DNA from: a virus
Taxonomy: Duplodnaviria; Caudoviricetes
DNA: 62,492 nt
IMG/VR virus record: IMGVR_UViG_3300047477_000250
Coordinates: 1-62,492 of that record
Direction: 5' to 3' (one strand)
Positions 40,453 to 52,775 of the stretch are shown piece after piece. The notes under the pieces are model-generated. The model ran no database searches. It saw only the letters and a list, made by a program, of their open reading frames with translations, and was not told the origin of the DNA. Numbering within the stretch: the first letter of the stretch is position 1; every line of letters starts with the position of its first letter. The position numbers and the translations under genes are program-made.

Positions 40453-41468
40453 ATGCCTAAAGCTAAGACATACGAAGAAAATATAATAGATTTTTATAAG
40501 ATTCATTCTGAAGAAGATCTTATTTTTCCTTATGCTACTACTTCAGCTCGTGAAACATTCATAGCTGTTTGTACGTATCATCGGAGAGTTTAGTACTACT
40601 CCTGACAGATTAAAAGCTAATAAAGGTTGCCCTACTTGTGGTAAATTAAAAAGAAAATCTAAATTAACTAGTACTCATGAAAAGACTATAAAAGATATTG
40701 AAGAAATATTTCCAAATAAGTTTGAGTACATAGAAGAATTTAGTAATTATGATACTTATGTTAATGTTTATTGTAAAATAGATAATCATGGTATATTCTG
40801 CACTTGTCCTAGGAATCTTAAAAAGAAAATAGATTGTCCTAAATGTAGAGATTTAAAACCTAGTAAACGTACATTATCATTTGAAGATAATATACTAGCT
40901 TTTAAAGTAGTACATAAAGATAAGTACGCTTACCCTGAAAATACAATAAATATTAGTAAGAAGATTAGAATTATATGTAAGCTTCATCGGTGATTTCTTT
41001 ATGACACCGCATAATCATAAACAAGGTCAAGGTTGCCCTAAGTGTGGTAATTCTAAAAAGAATAATAATTGGAATTACTCTAGTTGGGAAAAATCTGCTT
41101 TATCTTCTAAATCTTTTGATTCATTTAAAATATATTTTATTGAATGTTATGATGATTCAGAAAGATTTATTAAAGTAGGTAAAACTTATACTACTCTTGA
41201 AAGAAGATTTAATAAGAATAACTTACCTTATGATTATAAAATAATAAAAGAAATAATATTTAAAAATAGTAAACAGTGTTCTGAATACGAACACATGCTT
41301 CACAAGAAGCTCAAGCAGCTTAAATATAATCCTCTAAAGAAATTTAATGGTTATAATGAGTGCTTTCAGATGTTAATTCATTTAACATCACTTAACTACA
41401 ATTTAGTAGTTATCCCCTTTTTACCTGACACAGGATACAAATATGATCCCACGCACTCACAAAAATAA
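40453..41468 (+). CDS. Zn-finger/GIY-YIG-like homing endonuclease, recoded at 40582 (CGGA) and 40988 (CGGT) (337 aa)
   Basis: Both sites fall at CxxH[G] motifs. Confidence 0.8.
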
Positions 41469-41991
41469 ACTACTTTTAGTTAGTGGTTTAGATGATACTT
41501 TCTTTAGCACTAACTCACGTCGTCATTTAATTCATGGAATTGAATTAGGTAATAAACTTGTAAATCATATTGAAAATAAAAAAGATCAGTATTACGGTAT
41601 TATTAATTTATCTATTCCTACAGCTTATTGGAAAGATATTACTCCTTTTGAAAATGTTAATCCTAATCGTTTAATTAATGTTGTTTTAAATTCTAACTCT
41701 CTTTTAAACATTAGTAATGAAGTTTCTTTAAAAAACCAAGAAAATGAAACTATGTTGTTCAATGGCAATGATTTAGATTTCTTACTTCCTTCTCAAGATT
41801 ACGAGATACATATATCAGGTGTTGATATTAATGGTTGTTATAAACAAATTATTCAAGAACTTTTAGATAAAGGTTATAAAGTTTATTTATATTCAGACAT
41901 GATTAAACGTTTTAAAGATAGCGAACCTTTCTTTAGATCTATTCGTAATCGTAACTTTGAATATTGTTCTTCTGCTTCTGCTTTAGTTTAA
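41443..41991 (+). CDS. hypothetical protein, isochorismatase-like fold (degenerate)
   Basis: F.G.DL..LL, I.ISGVD...C, GYKV...D. Confidence 0.45.
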   Translation: MIPRTHKNKLLLVSGLDDTFFSTNSRRHLIHGIELGNKLVNHIENKKDQYYGIINLSIPTAYWKDITPFENVNPNRLINVVLNSNSLLNISNEVSLKNQENETMLFNGNDLDFLLPSQDYEIHISGVDINGCYKQIIQELLDKGYKVYLYSDMIKRFKDSEPFFRSIRNRNFEYCSSASALV

Positions 41992-41998
41992 TAATATA

Positions 41999-42957
41999 AT
42001 GAAGAAATACCTAACTCATGAAATGCAAGTATTAAAGATAGAAGAAGTGCATCCTCGGTAAATTTGAATTTCCTAATTGTTTTTTAAATAATCATGAGAA
42101 AGTTAATGTATGGTGTAAGAGTTGCAAAGCTTTCTTTTTAATCTCACCTGAAAAATTAAAATCAGGTAGACGGTTGTCGTATATGTGGTATTAAAAGAAG
42201 AAGTAAACTTAAAGCTTATACTCATGATCAACATTTAGAAATATTAAATACGATTCATTCTAAAGAAGATATATTATTTAAAAATCCTCTTAAACGTTCT
42301 AAAGATAAATATCAAGCTTGGTGTGTTCATCATAATAAGTTTTTTAATACGACTATAGATCGTTTGAAGAGAGGTCAAGGATGTCCTCTATGTGGCATTG
42401 TAAGGTCCACAGAGGCCCAAACAATGTCTTATGATATGAATGTAGCTATGTTTAATAAAGTTCATTCTGAGGGCTTCTATAGCTATCCTAATAGTACTAA
42501 AACTAATTATATTCATTTTGATGTATATTGTAATCGTTGTGAATCTTTATTTTCTATTACCCCAGCTAATCACAAGCAAGGTCATGGTTGTCCTAGATGT
42601 GCTTATCGCGATTTACCTGGAGGTTGGACTAATAAAGATTGGGAATTAATGGCTTTAAATTCTAATCATTTTGATTCTTTTAAAGTATATATTGTTAATT
42701 GTTTTAATGAGAATAAATCTGAATCTTTTATTAAAATTGGTAAGACGTTTAGAAGTACTAAAATAAGATTTAAAACAATTCCATACGAATATGAAATAGT
42801 TAAAGAATTTATTTTTAATCAAGCTGAAGATGCTACTGAATTTGAAAGTAAATTAAAAGAAAGATTAAGTGAGTTTAGGTACGAACCTAAAATAAAATTT
42901 AACGGAAGAAATGAATGCTTCTCTAACGAAGCTTTAGAGAAAATTTTAAATGAATAA
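41999..42957 (+). CDS. Zn-finger/GIY-YIG-like homing endonuclease, recoded at CGGT 42056 and 42171 (318 aa)
   Basis: HP[G]KFEF and GR[G]CRIC restored. Confidence 0.8.
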
Positions 42958-43426
42958 AAATATTGAATATTTTGCTATTGTAGCTTTAGATTTAAATCAA
43001 GGTATTGGTTATAAAGATCAAATACTTTTCCATAATAAAATGGATTTAAATATATTTAAACAGTATAGTACTTATATTCAAAATTGTATTGTAGGAAGGG
43101 TTACATATAATACTCTTCCTAAAGTTCTAGGTAAAACTAGAAAATTTCATATCATCACTAGAACAGAACAAATATTTGATAATGACTCTGTATGTATAAC
43201 TGATAAAGTTAATTTAGATCAAAATAAATATGTTATTGTTGGTGGTAATGAAATATATAAAATGTTTTCACAGGATGTTAAAGTATGGGTTATTACAATT
43301 CATAAGAAACATGCTAATCTTATTGATACTTACTTTGATAATAAAATGTATGAGAAAATAATCTCACATAATCAAAGTATCGAATTATATGAAGATGAAG
43401 ATATTTTAGTAAAAATTTATTTTTAA
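42950..43426 (+). CDS. folA: Dihydrofolate reductase
   Basis: IVA...GIG, D...FK, GR.T...LP, GG.EIY, DTYF. Confidence 0.88.
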   Translation: MNKNIEYFAIVALDLNQGIGYKDQILFHNKMDLNIFKQYSTYIQNCIVGRVTYNTLPKVLGKTRKFHIITRTEQIFDNDSVCITDKVNLDQNKYVIVGGNEIYKMFSQDVKVWVITIHKKHANLIDTYFDNKMYEKIISHNQSIELYEDEDILVKIYF

Positions 43427-43478
43427 ATAAATTTAGATATAATTATAAGATTTAACTTTAGATATAAGAGATATAAAT

Positions 43479-43910
43479 ATGACAAATCAAACTAATGCAA
43501 CACCTAATGTAGATACTTTTCTAACAGCTGGAATGTCTAGAATCGGTTTTGGTACAATTATTAAAGGCTGGCGTGGTAGTAAAGGTATCGACTATATAGT
43601 TGTTGGGATCAATACGACTCGCAAAGAAATTTATGCAATTAAACATAATTGTATTAATGAAGATGGTAGCGTACATGCCGCTGTTACTACGCATAAGCGT
43701 GTATTTAAATACACGCTTACCCCTACTGGTCGTGTAGCTATTGTAAAAGGTATTACCTCGGTTATGGGTCAAAAGCGTAATCTAGTTGTTCCAAAAATTA
43801 GAGCCTTTAACGCTCGTGTCAATACAGCTGTAAATATTACTCCTTTTACTGGAGTTTCTTTATATGCAGCGCCACTTGTAGATAGACGTAATACTATTAT
43901 TTATGAGTAA
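43479..43910 (+). CDS. hypothetical basic protein
   Basis: ORF track. Confidence 0.7.
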   Translation: MTNQTNATPNVDTFLTAGMSRIGFGTIIKGWRGSKGIDYIVVGINTTRKEIYAIKHNCINEDGSVHAAVTTHKRVFKYTLTPTGRVAIVKGITSVMGQKRNLVVPKIRAFNARVNTAVNITPFTGVSLYAAPLVDRRNTIIYE

Positions 43911-43949
43911 TTGATAGATAATACTATCTATTAATGCTATGGAAGTAAA

Positions 43950-44361
43950 ATGAAAGAAATAAAAATACCTCAACTAGTTTATTATAGTAATAAAAGCGCA
44001 TTAAGATTTACCTTAGTGCCTAGTGAACGGTTATAAAATAGGTTCTGTCTATCTCGATATTGCTGCTCTAAAGGAAGTTAAATCAGATAGACATAACATA
44101 TACGATTGGGATAATAAAATGACAATTGAACTAAAAGTAGAAGATTTAGATTTTCTATGTACTACTAGTTCAAATGTAAATTATTTAACTCGTAATAAAA
44201 AGTTTAATGGTTATAATTTAGTCATAGAAAAAAGATGTAATTTTAATTTGGTTCGAAGATCAGATGGTGTTACTTTATCTCATATATTATCTAATGAATC
44301 TCTTGAAGGATTGATAGATTTATTAAAGCAAGCTCGTATTAAAATACAAGGATGGAATTAA
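43950..44361 (+). CDS. hypothetical protein, recoded at CGGT 44028 (136 aa)
   Basis: ATG 43950 frame joins the 44023 ORF. Confidence 0.65.
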
Positions 44362-45018
44362 ATGAATAATAATATTTATGTTGTTTATGATTCTGAAAAA
44401 GAAACTAAAGAATCTCTTGATAATTTTAAACAAGTTATGATTAAAGCAGAATATCCTTCTGATAAGATCATTGCTTTAAGTACAACTGAATTTGATGAGT
44501 ATATTGAGCGTAAAGAAATACTATCTTTTGTTCTTTGTTTAAATACTACTTTTAAAGATTATTGTATAAAATATAGTGACATTTTAGAAGTCCCTGTATT
44601 TGAATTTTTTAGTAAGGATTATCATGATACTTCTAAAAATATACATATTGCTGGTATTCTCTTAGATGTTAAAGATATCTTTCAGGTATCTTATAAACGA
44701 TATGCATGGAAAGTATTAACTGAGTTTTATAAATATTATAAACAAGCAGTGCTAGATAAACAAGTAGTACTAGACATGCAAGAGGATATTTCGACAGTTG
44801 ACGATACTGTCAAAGAATGTAGTCTTGAAGAAGTAGTTGTTTTTTCTGAAGTTAAAGAAGTAGAAATGGTTGAAGAAACTATATCCTCTTCTGAAGAGAT
44901 AACAGATGAAGTAGATTTAAAAGCTTTTTATCTAAATGTTAAAAATTTAATGAGTCAAATGAATATAGTACAAGCACAAATTAAATACTTAGATAAGCAA
45001 TTCAATAATGAGAAATAA
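44362..45018 (+). CDS. hypothetical protein
   Basis: ORF track. Confidence 0.7.
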   Translation: MNNNIYVVYDSEKETKESLDNFKQVMIKAEYPSDKIIALSTTEFDEYIERKEILSFVLCLNTTFKDYCIKYSDILEVPVFEFFSKDYHDTSKNIHIAGILLDVKDIFQVSYKRYAWKVLTEFYKYYKQAVLDKQVVLDMQEDISTVDDTVKECSLEEVVVFSEVKEVEMVEETISSSEEITDEVDLKAFYLNVKNLMSQMNIVQAQIKYLDKQFNNEK

Positions 45019-45351
45019 TTTCAGACCATCTCTACGGTAATCAACTTAACATTAAATTAATTTTACTTAAAACAGCTTTAAATTTTTATTCTAGAAAAGT
45101 AGTATATCGGTTTTGATTCTAATTTGAATTATGGTTTTGTTGATACTTTTAATACTTCTGTACGATGCAAATCTTGTAAATTATTAAATAGTTTTTCTTT
45201 TGATAGTAAACAAAATAAATGCATTCGTTGTAATAGTAGATTAAAAGAAGAATCAATTAAGTTAACCATGACTTATAAAGAGAATTTATTTAATCAATCA
45301 AAAAATCAAACTTACGGAAGTGAATGGAATAATAATGACAATAAACACTGA
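45008..45351 (+). CDS. Zn-ribbon protein, recoded at CGGT 45035 and 45108 (113 aa)
   Basis: Two quadruplets link ATG 45008 to the CxxC..CxxC ORF. Confidence 0.6.
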
Positions 45352-45623
45352 AGAAGTAATAGCTACTGTTTCTTATATAAAAGATAATTGTTTTGAAGGA
45401 TTAAATGATTTAGAACAATTATTAGTTCTTAGTAATTTATTATTATTAAAGTCTATTAATTTTTTACCTAATGATTTGAAAGAAGATCATATAAATCTAC
45501 TTAGTAATGGTAAAAGAGTTCTTTATGAAATGTCTACTTATAACAATAACTTAGGATTGGATTTAGCTTTAAAAGCTCATTTAATAATTCAAGCAGTTAA
45601 TGAATTAGAAGGTAAATATTAAT

Positions 45624-46133
45624 ATGACTAATAATCTTAATATAACTATTAATGAAGAATTATTTGAAGACTCTATTGAATATGAATCTTGGTTAATTAA
45701 CGTAGAAGCGTCTATTACATTTAATGGTAAAAGTTTATCTGCTTGGACAGAAGAATTAAGTATACCTACTATATCTATTACTAGAGAACTCAGTGTTAAC
45801 GAATTAGAATTATTAAATCAAAGAATGATTAATGTTGTTGAAATTGTAATGTCTAGTTTAGGCTCTGCAAATAATGCATTTGCTTCTTCTAAAATGGCAT
45901 ATGAATTAAATTGTGCTAATGAACGAAGAGTAATAACTGAAACTCTTTTAGAGAATGGTAAAAGAATACCTACTAAAGAAACGTTAGATGCTCTTGTATT
46001 AACTGCATGTGAAACTACTTATCGTAAAATGAGTAGAAGCTCCTTAATATATGATTATTGGAACAACCAAAGTTATAAACTACATAGGCTGGAAGGTTAT
46101 ATGAAAAGTTTAAACATAGCTAAACGTACTTAG
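45624..46133 (+). CDS. hypothetical coiled-coil protein (possible recombination mediator)
   Basis: ORF track; near recA. Confidence 0.5.
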   Translation: MTNNLNITINEELFEDSIEYESWLINVEASITFNGKSLSAWTEELSIPTISITRELSVNELELLNQRMINVVEIVMSSLGSANNAFASSKMAYELNCANERRVITETLLENGKRIPTKETLDALVLTACETTYRKMSRSSLIYDYWNNQSYKLHRLEGYMKSLNIAKRT

Positions 46134-46143
46134 TAGTCTATAA

Positions 46144-46899
46144 TTGAAGAAGCTTACAAATAATCAACAAATAGAAGCTATCAATAGAGTACATGGAAAA
46201 GATGCTTTTATCTTTATAGAAGAATTCGAAGGTAATCAAACTGATACTAAAGTTCAGTGTAAAGATCATGGTATTTTTATAACTAGGGCTAATAGATTAA
46301 AGAATGGGGGTGGTTGCCCTATATGTTCAAAAGAGAGGGTTTCTAAAAAGAAATTATTATCTTTTAACGAACAAATAAAAGCAATAGAATTATTGCATCC
46401 TAATAAGTTTGAATTTCATGAAGTCTTTATAAATAATAAAACTATTGTAAATGTTTGGTGTAAAACCTGTAAAATTTATTTTAAGTCATCTCCTGATAGA
46501 TTAAAGCAAGGTAATGGTTGTCCTGAATGCTCTTTCTATTTGAAAGGTTGGAATCATACTTCTTGGAAAAATCAAGGATTAGTCTCTACTTCTTTCGATT
46601 GTTTTAAAGTGTACGTAATAAAAGCTTTTAATGAGAATGAAGTATTTTATAAAATAGGTAAAACTTTTAGAAAAATTGAAGAACGCTTTACTTCTAATAA
46701 CTTCCCTTATAAATATGAAATTATTAAAGAGTTCTTATTCTTAAAAGATCAAAGTAAACAATGCTGTGATTTAGAAGTACAATTACAAAAAATGTTTAAA
46801 GAATATAAATACACCCCATTACTTGATTTTAAAGGTAAAGGTGAATGTTTTAATCCCCTAGACATACAACATATTGAAAATATTATTGAGAATAATTAA
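46144..46899 (+). CDS. Zn-finger/GIY-YIG-like homing endonuclease (no CGGN)
   Basis: Same family as 14569 and its paralogs. Confidence 0.85.
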   Translation: MKKLTNNQQIEAINRVHGKDAFIFIEEFEGNQTDTKVQCKDHGIFITRANRLKNGGGCPICSKERVSKKKLLSFNEQIKAIELLHPNKFEFHEVFINNKTIVNVWCKTCKIYFKSSPDRLKQGNGCPECSFYLKGWNHTSWKNQGLVSTSFDCFKVYVIKAFNENEVFYKIGKTFRKIEERFTSNNFPYKYEIIKEFLFLKDQSKQCCDLEVQLQKMFKEYKYTPLLDFKGKGECFNPLDIQHIENIIENN

Positions 46900-47967
46900 T
46901 GTCAAAACAAAATGGCTTATCTGCACAAGATAGAAAGAAAGCTTTTGAAGTTCTAAAAGCCAACGTAAAGAAGAAATGGCGGAAATGAAGTAATCATTGA
47001 TTCTGAGAACGTTCCAGATTACGATGTAATTCCATTTGGAAGCTATAAAATAGATTCAGCATCTAATGTAGGCGGACTTGTTAGAGGTCGTTTATCAGTA
47101 ATTATAGGTGAATCTGGGAGCTGTAAAAGTACTACTGCTATCTTACTAATGGCTAGTGCTCAGAAGACTTATCCTGATCAAATGGTTGCATTTATTGATA
47201 TCGAATTTGCATTTGATATAGAGTATGCACAAAAATTAGGTTTAGATACCTCTGAAGAAAGATTCTTATTAGTTCAACCTGATTCTGCTAATCAAGCATT
47301 AGATCTCCTATTAAAATTTACTGAATCTTCGTTATTTAGTTTAGTAGTACTAGATTCTATTCCTGCTTTAGTTCCAGAACAGAATTTAAATTCTGATGTA
47401 GGTGATATGCAAGTTGCATCACTTGCTCGTTTATTAAGTAATGAATTAAGAAGAGTAATGATTGAAGCTAATAAAACTAGTACCTCTGTATTATTGATTA
47501 ATCAATGGAGAGCAGGTATTGGTTTCACTACTGGTGATAAAGTAATGCCAGGTGGTTCAGCAATAAAATATTACCCATCAACTATTATTGAGTTAAAACG
47601 TAAAGAATTACTTCGTAAAGGTGATAATATTATAGGCCTTGAGATACAAGCTAATTTTACAAAAAATAGATTTGGTTCTCCTTATAGAAAGGCCCATTAC
47701 AAACTTTACTTTGGTGAAGGTATTCGAAAATCTGACGAAGCTGTAGAAGTTGCTAAAGACTTGGGAATTATCTCAGGTAAAGGTTGGTATATATATCCTA
47801 TCAGTCCAACTGAAACTGGTAAACTACAAGGACTTGAAAGTGTCATTAATTGGTACAAAGATAATCCTGAAGCTTTTGCTTATTTAGAATCTTTAGTTGT
47901 TGATTCGTTTAAGAAATCAAAAACTACTGTAGTAGAATCTGAAGATGAAGAGATTGAAGAGATTTGA
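46899..47967 (+). CDS. recA: RecA recombinase, recoded at CGGA 46980 (355 aa)
   Basis: KKW[G]NE, Walker A GESGSCKST, FIDIE, LDS+.AL.P, INQ.R, PGG.A.K. Confidence 0.92.
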
Positions 47968-48039
47968 TTTAAAGAATTTATTTCTTCTTTTAATTTTGAT
48001 TGTTTTACAATTAAACCTACTTGGCTAAATGGTAAAGAG

Positions 48040-48384
48040 TTGGATATTTATATCCCTGATTTAAATTTAGCTATAGAGATTAATGGTTCTATATATCATC
48101 ATTCTACTAGCTGTACTAATTCTTTTCTAGATAGCTTCTGTAAATATTCTAATTATCATTTAGATAAATATTTAAAATGTAAAGAAAATCATATTAATTT
48201 AATTCATATTTTTGAATTTGAAAATCTAGATAAATGGAAAGAAATTTTAATAAAATATATTAATAATAAAAATAAATATTCAATATCTTTTACTAATTTA
48301 CATAGAAATATAAAAACTAATAACATGGTCTTAGATTACTATGGTAAGAGTGAGATAAATCTTAATGAAAAAACAAATACCTAG
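48040..48384 (+). CDS. Endonuclease fragment (Vsr/DUF559-like)
   Basis: LDIYIP..LAIE.NG...H; probably an N-terminally truncated remnant. Confidence 0.55.
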   Translation: MDIYIPDLNLAIEINGSIYHHSTSCTNSFLDSFCKYSNYHLDKYLKCKENHINLIHIFEFENLDKWKEILIKYINNKNKYSISFTNLHRNIKTNNMVLDYYGKSEINLNEKTNT

Positions 48385-49367
48385 TTCATTCGACACTATC
48401 GTAATAGATGGTGATTGGTTAGCTTACTATGCTAGTTTTGTTACACAATCTAAAAGAGTATTTATAAAAGATAAGAATGGTGTGCATATTACAGATAAAC
48501 CATCTCTTACATCTTGTAAAGCTGAATTAGAAAAACTTAGTATTGAAATAACTGATTGTTTAGTTTCAACTGAAGTTACTGTTCATAAGAATTGGGAATT
48601 AATAGCTCGTAAAATTATAAATAAAAAAGTAGAAGAGTTAAAAACTAGGCTTAATGCTAATAATGTTATAATCGTTTTTGGGCGGGGAAACTAATTTTAG
48701 AGATAGGCTTGATTTACTTTATTGTGCCTATAAATCTGATAGAGACCCTGCTAAAAAACCTATTAAACTTTCTGAAATTAAAGAATTAATTAAAAAGATG
48801 TATTACTGTGAGATTGCTGAAGATGAAGAAGCAGATGACATTATATCAAGGTATCAATATCTTAGCAGTAAAGAAGTAGGTAAATATATTGTTATTAGTC
48901 CAGATAAGGATTGCAAGCAAACCCCAGGTTTTGTATATAATCCTCAAAAAGATGAAATAAGAAATTGTTCTGGTTTTGGTTATATTGAACTAGTAGTTAA
49001 GAAATCTGCTTCTGGTAGTAATTCTTACAAGATTGATGGTGTAGGTCGTTGCTTCTTTTATTATCAGTTAATTGTAGGAGATCCAGTAGATTCGTACTCT
49101 CCTTTTAAACCTACTAAAACCCCTTATAGATTTTATCAAGAATTTAAAGATATAAAAAACGATAAAGAAGCTTGGCAATATGTATACAATTCATATAAAG
49201 CATACTTTGGTGATATTGAAGAATGGACTAAATGGGATGGAAAAGTTGTAAAAGGTGATATTATAGATCTTATTCAAGTATATGCGAATGTTGTACACAT
49301 GATTAGATGGAATGAAGATTCTATTAATGTTAGAGATGTACTTAAAAAGATGGAAGTAATATTATAA
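48365..49367 (+). CDS. 5'-3' exonuclease (FEN/T7 gp6-like), recoded at CGGG 48683 (333 aa)
   Basis: IDGD, FG[G]ETNFR, YK..R, EADD, DKD, GD..D. Confidence 0.88.
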
Positions 49368-50277
49368 TGAATTCTGAGCAACTAGAAGAGACTTTAGTTA
49401 TTTTAAAAGAAATGAATTTAGAGTATGTATCTGATAAAGGTCCTTGTAAAATAATTGTTAAAAATAAATATGGCTATTGTTCTGTTCATTTAAATAGTTT
49501 AAGAAAACGAAGTTACCTTACTATACAATCTTCTATAGATAAAAACTCTTATTTTATTAATCGTGCTAAAGAAGTTCATGGTGACAAGTACGACTATTCA
49601 TTAGTTAATTATATATCACATAATACTAAAATATGTATTATTTGTCCTACACATCGGTAAAATTTATCCAATACCTATATGTCATCTTAGAGGTGATAAT
49701 TGTTATAAGTGTACAGGCAGAGGTCTTTCAGATGAAGAGAAAATTGAAAAATTTAGATTAGTGCATGGAGATAAATATCAATATATTTTACCATTACCTA
49801 GAAGATCTAAAGATTTGATGAAAATAATCTGTAAGGATCATCGGAGAATTTAGTCAAAGTCTTGATGCTCATTTAGTTGGTAAAGGCTGTATTAAATGTG
49901 GACATATCTTAACTTCTATTAATAATAAAAGAACAGGTTGGAAACATTCCGACTGGCAAAAATCTGCTGAAAATTCGAAATATTTTGATTCATTTAAAGT
50001 GTACATTATTGAATGTTTTAATGAAAATGAAAAGTTTATTAAAATAGGCAAGACTTACAGAACCTTATATCAAAGATTTCGTAGTAATTTTCTACCTTAC
50101 AAGTATAACAGTATTAAAATTTTTAATTTTGAAGATGCTAAAAGTTGCTCTAAATTTGAAACGAATTTACATAACGAATTTAAAGAATTCAAATATAATC
50201 CATTAATTAAATTTGGTGGAGATATGGAATGTTTTTCTATAGAAGTTTTAGATCAATTAAAAGAACACTTAATATAA
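49367..50277 (+). CDS. Zn-finger/GIY-YIG-like homing endonuclease, recoded at 49655 (CGGT) and 49842 (CGGA) (302 aa)
   Basis: CPTH[G] and CKDH[G] restored. Confidence 0.8.
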
Positions 50278-50613
50278 TAAAGATAAACTTATGAATAATA
50301 AATTAATAGACTTAATAATTAAGTACAATGAATTAACTCCAAAAGAAAAGGAATTATTTTCAGAGGTTATAGGAATTAAAATTATAGAAATTCCTACTAT
50401 TACTCCAAGATCTATTGAAGATATAACAAAATCATTACCACCTAACACGACTTATCCTGATCCATATAAGCCTTACAGTATCCCTAAACCGTACCAAAGG
50501 TATAACGGTATTCCTGATATTAGGTCTAGTTATGATAAAGTTCAATTTATAGGTAATACATTATATAGTACTCCTGATAAGGATATTAGATATTGAATTA
50601 CTATGACGATCAA

Positions 50614-51831
50614 ATGTTATATCAAACATTAGAACAATATTGGCGGGTATGACTCCTTTAAAGGTAAACAAGAAACTTGTATAAATCATATTTTAGAGCG
50701 GTAAAGATTCTTTTTTTTTAGCTCCAACTTCTTTAGGAAAAAGTGTAGTTTTTCAATTATCAGCTACGCTGATGGAAGGAACTACGATCATAATAAGCCC
50801 TTTATTAAGTTTACAAGCGGACCAAACTAGTGATTTAACTAGACGACGGTATTAAAGCTGCTTGTCTTAATGGTAGTACTGGTAAGAAAGAAACTAAAAT
50901 AATTGTAGAAGCTTTGAAAGATAAGTCTTTAAAGTTATTATATATTGCTCCTGAAACATTACTTCGTACTAATGATTATGATGAATTATGGTTTTTAGAT
51001 TTTTTAAAAACTGAATGCTCTATTAATCATATTGCGTTAGATGAATGTCATGCAGTTGTTCAATCTTCTCAAGACTTTAGGCCTAAGTATAGACAACTAG
51101 GAATATTAAAAGAATACTTTGAAGATATTCCTTTTACATGTTTAACTGCTACAGCTACTAAAGATAATATTCAAGAGATTACTTCTTTATTAGGTATGAC
51201 TGATTACACTGTATTTGATCATCATTTATATCGACCTAATTTACATCAAAATGTTATTAGAAAGATAGATGAAATGTATCAATTAATGAGTTTATTAAGA
51301 CAGTATACTAAGACTACTACTGGTTTAATATATTGTAATACTAGAGAGAAGTGTAAAGAGATTTCTGATTATTTAAATAAAAATGGTTATAATACTGCTT
51401 ACTTTTATTCTACTATTGGTAAAAAAGAAAAGAAAAGAATTCTTGATGGTTTTATTGATGGAAGTATTTCCAAAATTATTTGTACAAGTGCCTTTGGTAC
51501 TGGGATTAATAAAGATAATGTAAGATTTGTTATTAATTTAGATGTGCCTGCTTCTTTAAATGATTATGTTCAACAGGCAGGTAGAAGTGGTAGGGATGGA
51601 TTGGTTTCTAATATCTATACTTTCTACCACCCTTCTGATATTACTAAATTAAAATATATACTTAGAATGAGTACAACTTCTCCTATTAGGCTTAGAAAGT
51701 CCTATGAAGTTTTAGATGAAGTAGTTAATTATTGTTTAAATACTAAACAGTGTAGAAATCAACTATTATTACAAGCTTATAATCAAACTTTAGAAAAAGA
51801 TTGTGGTACTTGTGATAATTGTAAAAATTGA
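50614..51831 (+). CDS. recQ: RecQ helicase, recoded at 50644, 50699 and 50847 (404 aa; alternative TTG start 50593)
   Basis: W[G]YDSF, LE[G]KD, PT..GKS, SPL.SL..DQ, R[G]IKA, DECH, TAT, QQAGRSGRDG, C-terminal Zn motif. Confidence 0.92.
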
Positions 51832-51864
51832 CAAGATGTTTTTTGATTGGAGATATTGAAATTA

Positions 51865-52412
51865 ATGACGAATGAAACAATTATTATAAACTTATTAGGT
51901 TCATCAGGTTCACGGGAAATCAACAACCGCACTTGGTTTAACTTATGAGTTAAAAAAACTTGGATACAAGTGTGAATGTGTTAATGAATGGATTAAAGAA
52001 GAAATCTTCTCTGGTAACTTTAACATTACACAAGATCAAATATATATCTTTGCTAAGCAGCATAGAAAACAATTTATTTTAAGAGATAAAGGTTTAGATT
52101 TTATCATCACAGACTCGCCTTTAGTACTATCTTCGTTCTATCGGAGAGAAATATAGTACAACAAGTCCTGTGTTAAATCAATTGATATTTCAAGAGTTTT
52201 ATAAATTCAATAATATTAACTTTCTCTTAAAAAGAACTGTTCCCTTTGATACACTCGGAAGAGTAGAGTCAGAGGAACAATCAGATCAAGACTATAAAAA
52301 TCTTATTAGTTTTTTAAATAAAAATAATGTAAGATATAATGATATTCTTGAAGCTGAAAAAACTAATCAAATTATAAAAATATTAACTAATTTAGGATGT
52401 ATAAATGTCTGA
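51865..52412 (+). CDS. NadR/Ttd14-like AAA P-loop kinase, recoded at 51913 (CGGG) and 52142 (CGGA) (181 aa)
   Basis: INLLGSSGS[G]KST; ITDSP; GR. Confidence 0.8.
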
Positions 52413-52704
52413 AGTTCAAAATACTTTACTTTCAACTCTCGTAGCTCGTGTAGCAGAAGAATTACAATTAACTCAAAAAGCTGTTAAAGATGTAGCAGAT
52501 GCATTGTTTGCAAATGTTATTCAATCAGTTGTAGCTGGCGAAACAGTCCGTATTTCAGGTTTTGGTACGTTAGAAGCTGCTGATACAGAAGCTCGTACTG
52601 GTCGTAATCCAACAACTGGCGAACCTCTTCAAATTGCTGCTTCTAAGCGTGTAAGCTTTAAAGCTTCTAAGCCTTTTAAAGATGCTGTAAAAGCTACAGT
52701 ATAA
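52405..52704 (+). CDS. hup: HU histone-like DNA-binding protein
   Basis: GFGT, ARTGRNP.TGE, FKAS. Confidence 0.93.
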   Translation: MSEVQNTLLSTLVARVAEELQLTQKAVKDVADALFANVIQSVVAGETVRISGFGTLEAADTEARTGRNPTTGEPLQIAASKRVSFKASKPFKDAVKATV

Positions 52705-52775
52705 TAAGTTTAAACAACTAAGAGTACATCTTCGGGTGTACTCGAATCAATACAACTTTTATAGGGATTATTCAA

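Noticed and set aside
3244-50051. Short overlapping ORFs (3244, 10728, 13096, 15722, 18541, 20583, 38195, 39799, 43521, 49869)
   Set aside because: Lie within or antisense to better-supported genes and show no motifs.
52722-52743. UUCG hairpin after HU as a terminator
   Set aside because: No downstream U tract; more likely an ordinary mRNA-stabilising hairpin.
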